Source: Verrucomicrobia bacterium UBA6614
GTDB taxonomy: Bacteria; Verrucomicrobiota; Verrucomicrobiia; Limisphaerales; UBA1100
DNA length: 64,000 nt
Reading direction: 5' to 3'
Assembly: GCA_002433235.1 (NCBI GenBank)
Contig: DJHS01000054.1
Location: forward strand, 17,918-81,917
In this document: positions 17,401-24,116 of the stretch, piece by piece
How the letters are laid out: the number at the start of each line of letters is the position of its first letter
Numbering within the stretch: the stretch's first letter is position 1
Notes under the pieces: generated by a model
What the model was told of the DNA's origin: nothing
Seen by the model: the letters and a program-made list of their open reading frames with translations, nothing else
Database searches by the model: none
Made by a program: the position numbers and the translations under genes

Positions 17401-20400
17401 CTGCCCCGGAGGCCATCGAATCCGCCCAATCTCAAACGCAGCTTCCACAAGGATCCCAATTCACCCTCAACCATGAATCTCTAGAGACCGCGAAATCGGG
17501 GGTGGAATCTTCCACCCAGCTAAGCCAAGCCAGCTCCAGTGTCACGCTCAAGGCGGCAGTGTCACCCGCGGCTGAGTCGGAGCCCACCACGGCAACATCC
17601 TCGCCGGTTCAGGCATCACAAGCTCCCAAGGCAACGGCGGTGGCCAAGAGCCAGACTGTCGATGCCCAAAGCCAGACCGCCAAGCTCAGTTCAGCTCAGG
17701 CCGTGAATAATCTTCCTCAGACATCCATGGCCGAGGCCAACAAAGTGACTCTCGAGCAGACTTCGCAATCATCAGAAACCGGCCAGAAACTCGCCCAAGC
17801 CTCGACTCGGGCAGCATTTGCCCAGGCCCAAGCCGCGGCCAATGCTCAAACCTCACCTCAGATCGCTGACCAATCCATTGTTCCGGCCCGGTCGACGGCC
17901 CAAGCCACGGCCGTTTCCAAAGTCAGTGCCGCAACCGCCAAGTCTGCTGACGCCAACTTGCAGGCATCCTCCACCAAGACAGATTCAAATTCACCAGCAG
18001 CCACTTTGAACGCCCAACTTGAGACCAGTGAAGCTGCTTCCACGGGTGCAACTAATCTGGCAAAAGCCACCAGCCAACAGGCTGTTCATCAAGCTGCCGC
18101 GCAACCCCTAGTTGCATCGGGTGCGGAACCTCTTACCAAGGCTGCAGAGGCATTGACTGCCGCCAACTCCAACGACCAGACTGCTGCCGTTAAGCCAAAC
18201 ACATCGGCTTCACAAGCCAATGCCAAGAAATTGGTGAAAGCGGAGTCATCAGGCTCTGTGGATAACGCTGTGGTGGACACCCTTGCAGGCCTTCAATTGG
18301 AGTCTCCAGAGACCGATGCGGAGTCTGGAGCGGCCGGTGCCAAGGTTGCCAGCCAGCAAGCTGTCCGTCCAATTACGTCCGGGATTACCGAAAGTAGCCC
18401 GCAATCACAAACAGCGGTCCGGCCGCAACCTGCCGCCATTCGCCCCTCCTCGTTGATGGCTACCAACATGGTTTCCATCCAACTTCCCACATCTTCGCGC
18501 GCCCTTTCTCAAGCTAATCTTTCCAGTACTCTTCTCAATAGCCCAGCCAATGAGCCCTTCAACCTGCATTTGCAAACCACAACGGGTGAAGCCGAGGCCT
18601 CACAATCCATGGCCAAGGGGGTTGACAATTCACAATCGGCCGCAGCACCGCCCACGCAACCCACCCTCAACGCGAACCCTACGGATCGCGCAAGCAGACC
18701 GGTGAACATTCCCCTGTCCGAGTCCGAGACGCAGACCACGGCGCAAAGGCAGGCCATCACTGATGCAAAGGTGGCCCCGGATATCCTGTCAGCTGCACCC
18801 GCTCTGCCAACCCAAGTGGAATCGGCATTGCCCAGCTCTCTGGAGATTAAGGCGGAAACCACGCTGCCTACCACCACGCCTTCCACTAGTTTCGCGGGGG
18901 CATCTAGAGGGCAGGCCATTAAACCGGCAATCCAATCCGCGAGTGCATCTCCTCGCCTGACCACCCGGCCGATGCCGTTTCTGGCCGCTGCGCAGTTCCA
19001 GCTCAACCCACTTCTTACAGCCCAGCAAACCGCCGCTACACCCATCGCAACAGGCCAGCCGCTGGATCGTGTGGACTTGAATCATGCCGAGATGGATGCC
19101 TCCAGACTTCCCGGTGTGCAAATGAAATTCCCCGACAATGGCCGCATAGAGCTGGCCCAAGGCGGGAGATTTGAAAATGTCACCAGCCAGGGAGCCTCGC
19201 TCACGGCTAGCTCCGCGGGCCCTCAATCCAACGGCAGCCCATTACCGACACGGGTGGAGGGGAACAAGCCGCCTACTCGCATGGAATCCCTCAATTTGGT
19301 TCAGCAGGATGATGTCACCCGCGTTGAGTACGCTTCTAATCCCCTCAAGGACATTCGTGATAACGGCAACATGATTCTCCCGGATAGCGGCATCCCCGAT
19401 GCCCCCATCCTTGAAGCTCCGGGGGAAATCAAGGATCCGCTGGTTCTGCGCCATGACCCGAAGATGCGCTTGGAGATTATCGATCAACTCGGTGGCAGCG
19501 AGGAAACCGAGCGGGCAATCATGCGGGCGTTGGACTGGTTCACCCGCAATCAGGAAGCTGATGGCCATTGGGATGGCCCCGCAGGGCACGACCATGCGGC
19601 CACCGGCATGGCCATGCTTGCCTACATGGGCTGGGGCGCAAAGCACACCGAGGCCGGCCCTTATCAGAAACCCCTCGCAAAGGCTGTTGACTGGATGATC
19701 CGCCATACCGGCCCTGACGGGGATCTGCGCGGCTTTCGTGGTCGCAATTTCATGTATGATCACGGGATCGCCGCAATCGCCGTTGCGGAGGCATACAGTT
19801 TGACAAAAGACCCGCGCCTGCGCCCCATCGTCGAACGGATTGTGGATTTCACTGTGCGGGCGCAGAACCCCAAGACTGGAGGCTGGCGCTATCAGCCCTT
19901 TGGGGAGCAGGGCTATTCGGATCGCGGCGACATGTCTGTGACGGGTTGGCAGATCATGGCATTGAAGAGTGCGAAGATGGGTGGGATCAAGGTGCCCGCA
20001 GAATCACTCGACAAGGCGATTCGTTTTATGCAGAGCGTTAGCAGTCAGCGAGTCGAGACGTTTCGCCTTAACGGGGGCCGACAGCGAATTGAGCAGCATA
20101 CCTACGGCTATTACACAAAAGGCGACCCCAACTTGGCCATGGTGGCCGAGGGAATGTTTTCCCAGCAGCTTTTGCGCAAACATTCCCTGGATCGTCGCAT
20201 ATTTACCAGCCGTCAACTGGACAAAATCATCAACAATTCCGCGCAGCACATTTTGTATAAAGACGATTTCATAAAGCCTGGAAAACGTCGCAATGCCCGG
20301 CCCGAGTTCAACTATTACTACTGGTACTACTCCAGCCTTGCCTTGCACCAACTTCAAGGCCCCGTCTGGGAACGGTGGAATCAAAAAATGCGTCCTGTGT

Positions 20401-20582
20401 TCCTGAAGGCACAAATTCACAACCCAGACCGCATCGACCTTCACGGCAGTTGGGATCCCATGGGCCAGTGGGGTGGTGAATCCGGTCGCTGCATCGTGAC
20501 AGCCATGGCAACCCTCAGTTTGGAGGTTTACTATCGCTACCTGCCCATGTACACCCCCGCTTGGGCTCAGAATGCCAAATAA
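14445..20582 (+). CDS. giant (2045 aa) envelope protein: N-terminal anchor, PD40/TolB-like beta-propeller repeats, two more TM helices, ~1100-aa Q/T/A/S/P-rich spacer, C-terminal squalene-cyclase/prenyltransferase-like alpha/alpha-toroid domain
   Basis: GTG start overlaps the exbD stop (GTGA). PD40-type repeats (SFSRDGKWLFFYSNRSGGLGGYDIWVS, YLYFSSNGRGGAGGFDLFRS, GHRLVFSSDR). TM helices WWFALLLLSLLALLALL and CLLGSLGLHMLLAFLLSLWLI. C-terminal motifs RALDWFTRNQEADGHWDG, GGWRYQP and VTGWQIMALKSAK are typical of prenyltransferase/SQHop-cyclase repeats. Confidence 0.85.
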   Translation: MSEDSPEANTKAPRLRTRHWVVGASCLAVAMLAWVLWPAGTKTVYTDNISARVDAEDVTLRDVIWEHPTPVFPGNRDEDERYDPDVSADNLTLVFVKGRPGEGADLFVAKREGEGWGEARSLEDLNTEYDELGPSFSRDGKWLFFYSNRSGGLGGYDIWVSRLGDSGWEEPVNLGPAINTAHHEIDPTVHDAPVGRIAKENETQGEPGWQVKDLYFASSRPLGDSAPPRWRGTAREQAVPRGDFNLFHATNDAAEGLQFTDASPLSALNTKGDDAQPTITRRGNYLYFSSNGRGGAGGFDLFRSRIERRAFKVVELLDRSVNTPANETDPTLFRDGHRLVFSSDRAPHGPRYQLYETITREVFPMAEAPAKEQPAVGGGFLDLFEKYKWWFALLLLSLLALLALLKSMANESRRAQLSLMQRCLLGSLGLHMLLAFLLSLWLISEAIYKHVKEQVVEITLTNDDEARQEEEEALNKPVQANLAQASAQLPTPREPNTPSDPDAQPVEPTPPNVDTTQVKPDEMAIKPPEVTLPDTEPETLRTPQLPTDSNQPATPQLPRELLETAQVTPAAASPKAAPVPNDLKVNPSPQQQTAANPASTSAQAPTPATQNPATAKPLEQTANTRVNTERLTPVESEQSLPKLEVSVNKEQLEQSHKTTADSSQKMVNASDNQQVKAQPSETPRTQPAATNTQTPASQPVKAAQSLPKEQSLESMASLPTLETSQPASQPDTSPATQASAVKQETNTTSAASTRKLANASSAQSLPKQPTQAATARPEPREALNTVNVQTQNTTTATKESAIESASKPANAVNPNAPAAVPKAEAAQVSSVKQTTTSNTVEAAQTLEQATATQPLVQQPAPSSTSNATPTEAKSQPVEATPAASQSVAAKETSAQTEATEAALHKNSQASPKAATVDTNSIAMEQNQTAAEQGSQLSHAASQQTVAPQSTPNAQSAPAQASVKAAQSTPINAQTTAQTQQATQTPTAPEAIESAQSQTQLPQGSQFTLNHESLETAKSGVESSTQLSQASSSVTLKAAVSPAAESEPTTATSSPVQASQAPKATAVAKSQTVDAQSQTAKLSSAQAVNNLPQTSMAEANKVTLEQTSQSSETGQKLAQASTRAAFAQAQAAANAQTSPQIADQSIVPARSTAQATAVSKVSAATAKSADANLQASSTKTDSNSPAATLNAQLETSEAASTGATNLAKATSQQAVHQAAAQPLVASGAEPLTKAAEALTAANSNDQTAAVKPNTSASQANAKKLVKAESSGSVDNAVVDTLAGLQLESPETDAESGAAGAKVASQQAVRPITSGITESSPQSQTAVRPQPAAIRPSSLMATNMVSIQLPTSSRALSQANLSSTLLNSPANEPFNLHLQTTTGEAEASQSMAKGVDNSQSAAAPPTQPTLNANPTDRASRPVNIPLSESETQTTAQRQAITDAKVAPDILSAAPALPTQVESALPSSLEIKAETTLPTTTPSTSFAGASRGQAIKPAIQSASASPRLTTRPMPFLAAAQFQLNPLLTAQQTAATPIATGQPLDRVDLNHAEMDASRLPGVQMKFPDNGRIELAQGGRFENVTSQGASLTASSAGPQSNGSPLPTRVEGNKPPTRMESLNLVQQDDVTRVEYASNPLKDIRDNGNMILPDSGIPDAPILEAPGEIKDPLVLRHDPKMRLEIIDQLGGSEETERAIMRALDWFTRNQEADGHWDGPAGHDHAATGMAMLAYMGWGAKHTEAGPYQKPLAKAVDWMIRHTGPDGDLRGFRGRNFMYDHGIAAIAVAEAYSLTKDPRLRPIVERIVDFTVRAQNPKTGGWRYQPFGEQGYSDRGDMSVTGWQIMALKSAKMGGIKVPAESLDKAIRFMQSVSSQRVETFRLNGGRQRIEQHTYGYYTKGDPNLAMVAEGMFSQQLLRKHSLDRRIFTSRQLDKIINNSAQHILYKDDFIKPGKRRNARPEFNYYYWYYSSLALHQLQGPVWERWNQKMRPVFLKAQIHNPDRIDLHGSWDPMGQWGGESGRCIVTAMATLSLEVYYRYLPMYTPAWAQNAK

Positions 20583-20630
20583 CCTTGCGCGGATTCATCC
20601 GTGGCGGAGAATTCCAAAAACCTTGTATAC

Positions 20631-21710
20631 ATGAAAAAACAACTATTGCTGACGTTTCTCCCGCTGTTGCTTCTGGCGCAGGACGACTTCAAGCCGCTTT
20701 TCAACGGCAAGAATTTCGATGGTTGGCGAAACATCAATTGTGCACCGAACACGTGGTCGGTGAAAGACGGCATGATCCACTGCAGCGGAAAGCCCATCGG
20801 CGAACTACGCACGCTGCGCATGTACGAAAACTTCATTCTCGAGGTCGAGTGGCGGCACCTCAAGCCCAAGGGCAACGCCGGAATTTTTGTTTGGGCGGAT
20901 GCGTACACGGCGAAAGGGCAGCCGTTTCATCGGGGAGTGGAGGTGCAGGTGCTTGAGAACGCCTATGGCAATACGCGGGGCTACACAACGCACGGCGATA
21001 TCTTCCCCATTCATGGCGCCAAGATGACGCCTATCAACGGTCGCGGTGGTTCGCGGGCGTTTCCCACCGAAAACCGTAGCAAGCCTTCGCCGCAATGGAA
21101 CCATTACCGCGTTGTTTGCAATAACGGGGACATCTCGCTAGCGGTCAACGGCAAGGTCGTCACCCGCGGCAAGGCGGCAAGACCGCGCAAAGGGTACATT
21201 TGCCTCGAGTCCGAAGGTTCGCCGGTTCAGTTCCGCAATCTGAAAATAAAAGAGCTGCCGAGCACGAACCCAAAGCCTGAGGAAATCGCCAAGGCGGAGG
21301 AGGGCTTTCACACACTCTACACCGGCATCGACCTCGCCGGCTGGAAGGCGGACAAAGCGGGTACGTGGTCCTCCAATGACTGGCGGCTAACGACAAAAGG
21401 CGGGACGGCGCTGCGCTCAGAGCCAAAGTTTACGGAGTATGTAATGTTTGCGGATTTCCGTGCTGAGGGGCAGAACGCGCCGTTTCACCTGCCCAACGTG
21501 GGTGACATCGGCGAGTTGAAAGCCATTACCAAGGGCTGGAATCGCATCCGTGTCACGCGCCGCCTCGGCCAAACAAAGATCGAGCTAAACGGCAAAGTCG
21601 TCATTGAGGAAGCCATCCGCGAGTCGGGGCCGTTGAAGGCAGGCGCCTTTGTGTTGACGCCGAAAGTGCCCACGCAGTTCGCGAATATATTCGTGAAAGA
21701 GCTCAAGTGA
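20631..21710 (+). CDS. secreted protein with two DUF1080 (3-keto-disaccharide hydrolase-like) domains
   Basis: Signal peptide MKKQLLLTFLPLLLLAQ. FKPLFNGKNFDGWRN...W.VKDGMI and a second LYTGIDLAGWKAD... module. Ends ...FRNLKIKEL / ...FANIFVKEL. Confidence 0.75.
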   Translation: MKKQLLLTFLPLLLLAQDDFKPLFNGKNFDGWRNINCAPNTWSVKDGMIHCSGKPIGELRTLRMYENFILEVEWRHLKPKGNAGIFVWADAYTAKGQPFHRGVEVQVLENAYGNTRGYTTHGDIFPIHGAKMTPINGRGGSRAFPTENRSKPSPQWNHYRVVCNNGDISLAVNGKVVTRGKAARPRKGYICLESEGSPVQFRNLKIKELPSTNPKPEEIAKAEEGFHTLYTGIDLAGWKADKAGTWSSNDWRLTTKGGTALRSEPKFTEYVMFADFRAEGQNAPFHLPNVGDIGELKAITKGWNRIRVTRRLGQTKIELNGKVVIEEAIRESGPLKAGAFVLTPKVPTQFANIFVKELK

Positions 21711-21717
21711 GCAGTGC

Positions 21718-23013
21718 TCAAACCCCCTTCGGCGTCGCCCAATGCTCGCGGTATCCTCGATGCACGAGCGCACCCGCCTTGGCATCGCCCACCATCAGCT
21801 CTTTCTCGGGATCAAAATTCAGCATGCCACCGGTGCGGATGGCGATGTTGCCAAGGTGACAAAGGCTTGAGGAAAGGTGACCGATCTCGATGTCCGCATG
21901 CGGTTTTTTGCCTTCGCGAATGCACGCGAGGAAATTGAGATGATGACCGCCTAGGTTTGGCCCGCCACCGCCTTGTTTCACCAGCCGGTTGCGCTCGGCA
22001 TACATTTTCCAGCCTTCCGCCTTGCCGAGCACCATCATTCCCTTGGTGCCGTAAAACACGTTTCCGTTTTCCATGCCCTGTTGCTTGTACGGCGACCAGA
22101 TTCGCATCTCAAAAATCAACTGCTTCGTGCGACCGTTCTTGTCCGGTGCGTACTCAAACAGGCAGTTCTGCGTGTCCGGCCACTGCATGTCGTCGTCGAA
22201 AACATACTTTCCGCCCATGGCGCAAATCTTTGAGGGATGCGTATCCATGCCCAAGCCCCAGCGGGCGAGGTCGATGTCGTGCACGCCATCATTGCCCATG
22301 TCGCCCGTGCCAAAGTCATGCCACCAACGCCAGATGCCGTGCAGCATGTTGGGCCGAAACTCCACCTTCGGGGCTGGCCCCAGCCAGGTGTCGAAATCCA
22401 GATGTGCAGGCGGCTTGCCCGGTTTGCTGCGACCGATGCTGCCGCGGCGCTGGCTGTTCCAGGCCTTGGCGACGAGCACCTCGCCGATGGCACCATCGTG
22501 GAGCAGCTCCATTGCCTCGCGAATACCCTCGGTGCTGCGCGTCTGCGTGCCCACCTGCACCACGCACTTGTTGCGGTGTGCGGCTTCCACCATCAGGCGG
22601 CCCTCGCGCAGGTTGTGGCTGGCGGGTTTCTCAACGTACACGTGCTTGCCCGCTTCGCAGGCGAGGATGGTTGCCGGTGCGTGCCAATGGTCGGGCGTGC
22701 CGATCCACACGGCATCGACATCCTTGTCCTCAAAAATCCGCCGCATGTCGCCCACCGCCTTGGGGGCCTTGCCCTTGGCTTTTTCAACCGTGGCTCGCGC
22801 CCGTGCCGTGCGTCGCTCATCCACGTCACACACGTAGGCGATGTTCACCGCTTTGTTGTGGCTGAGCGTACCCAAATGCGCACTCCCCATCCCGCCCGGG
22901 CCAATGATGCCCACAGTGATTTTCTCATTTGCGCCAACCGCGCGTGCCGCGAGGGGCAGGGAGAGGGCGGCGGTGGAGGAGGCTTGGATGAATTTGCGGC
23001 GGGTGGGGTCCAT
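21718..23013 (-). CDS. Gfo/Idh/MocA-family oxidoreductase with twin-arginine signal
   Basis: MDPTRRKFIQASSTAALSL is a TAT motif. Rossmann motif VGIIGPGGMG and EKP motif VYVEKPASHN. Confidence 0.85.
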   Translation of the reverse strand: MDPTRRKFIQASSTAALSLPLAARAVGANEKITVGIIGPGGMGSAHLGTLSHNKAVNIAYVCDVDERRTARARATVEKAKGKAPKAVGDMRRIFEDKDVDAVWIGTPDHWHAPATILACEAGKHVYVEKPASHNLREGRLMVEAAHRNKCVVQVGTQTRSTEGIREAMELLHDGAIGEVLVAKAWNSQRRGSIGRSKPGKPPAHLDFDTWLGPAPKVEFRPNMLHGIWRWWHDFGTGDMGNDGVHDIDLARWGLGMDTHPSKICAMGGKYVFDDDMQWPDTQNCLFEYAPDKNGRTKQLIFEMRIWSPYKQQGMENGNVFYGTKGMMVLGKAEGWKMYAERNRLVKQGGGGPNLGGHHLNFLACIREGKKPHADIEIGHLSSSLCHLGNIAIRTGGMLNFDPEKELMVGDAKAGALVHRGYREHWATPKGV

Positions 23014-23017
23014 GTGA

Positions 23018-23962
23018 TTATTTCTTTTTCAAAACACTCACCTTGTCGGCCGTCGGGAAATTCTCTGGAAGCTTCGTCGTCACCTTTCCCGTTGCCAGCC
23101 ACTCGCAGGCACGGTTGAGGGTGGTGGTGAAGCCAACACACTGGAGCGACACGCCGTTTTCGTGGCCCATGGGCGTGTGGAAGATGAGGCCTTTGCCGTA
23201 ATTGATGACCATCATCATTGGCTCATGCCGCTTGCTCTTGGGGCTCCAAGCGGTGGCGAGTACTTCCATGTTCACGGCGGGGCCGCGGAGTGAGTCGTAC
23301 AGTTCATCGCGCCCGTGCTTCCACTTGGCGGGCATGCCTTGTGTGACGGGGTGATCGCCGTTCCGGATCTCAATGGTGAATTCGTGCTGGGGCCCATGGC
23401 TGCCGCCGCGGCCCTTGCGGGTGTCGCGGACGAGTTTGCCTTCCTCGTTGTAATAGACGTATGGGCCGTGTTTTTCGGTGCGCCCGCCCCAGCCGCCGAG
23501 GCCAATCATTTTGTTATACTCTAACCAGTTGGGGAAGGAGTTGTCCGCGGCGTGCACAACCACGAAGCGGCCGCCGTCTTTCATGTATTTTTCAAAATCC
23601 GTTTTCACCGGAGCGGGCCATTCCTGACCGTTGTAATTGCTGACAATCACGTCGTACTTGGCAAACGCTGGCCGCCATTCCTTCCATTGCTTGGCATTCA
23701 GTTCGTTCGCCGCTTGGATTGCTCTGTCGCGTTGTTCTTTGCTGAGGTTGCCGGGGATGCGCGTGCGTTGAGGGGTCGTGGCAACATCGACAGAAAACAT
23801 TTTGGTCGCTTCAAACTGCGATTTCATCCACGGCGTCATCGCGCGCCAGTTGTGGTTGTTCTGCCCGTCAACAATGAGCAGTTTGATCGGTTTTGCCTCC
23901 GCATTTAGCGAAAGGGCGGCGAGGAAGGTGATGGTAAAAATGGATTTGATAATAGTCTTCAT
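23018..23962 (-). CDS. ThuA-domain protein (secreted)
   Basis: Start at MKTIIKSIFTITFLAALSL (CAT at 23960-23962). KLLIVDGQNNHNW... and FVVVHAADNSFPNW are typical of ThuA-like class I glutamine-amidotransferase-fold proteins. Confidence 0.7.
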   Translation of the reverse strand: MKTIIKSIFTITFLAALSLNAEAKPIKLLIVDGQNNHNWRAMTPWMKSQFEATKMFSVDVATTPQRTRIPGNLSKEQRDRAIQAANELNAKQWKEWRPAFAKYDVIVSNYNGQEWPAPVKTDFEKYMKDGGRFVVVHAADNSFPNWLEYNKMIGLGGWGGRTEKHGPYVYYNEEGKLVRDTRKGRGGSHGPQHEFTIEIRNGDHPVTQGMPAKWKHGRDELYDSLRGPAVNMEVLATAWSPKSKRHEPMMMVINYGKGLIFHTPMGHENGVSLQCVGFTTTLNRACEWLATGKVTTKLPENFPTADKVSVLKKK

Positions 23963-24040
23963 GGGAATGTGACAGCCCCAAGTGTAGGCGACCGGAAGAG
24001 TGTGCAAAGGAAAAAAGGAGGGAACGAACCGGTTGTTTTA

Positions 24041-24066
24041 TCACAGAGACACAGAGCGCACAGAGA
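24041..24066. repeat. three direct CACAGAG units at 8-9 nt spacing
   Basis: CACAGAGACACAGAGCGCACAGAGAC lies in the 154-nt spacer between the TPR-redoxin gene stop and the ThuA start. Confidence 0.5.
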
Positions 24067-24116
24067 CTGGAATTGAATTCTCCATGTGCTCGGTGTTTCT
24101 GCAGTGAAATCCCAAC

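Noticed and set aside
21957-23118. Several 250-300-aa + strand ORFs antisense to the Gfo/Idh/MocA gene
   Set aside because: Their translations are rich in Arg/Pro/Ala/Cys, typical of antisense frames in high-GC genes. The minus-strand gene has a TAT signal, a Rossmann motif and an EKP motif.
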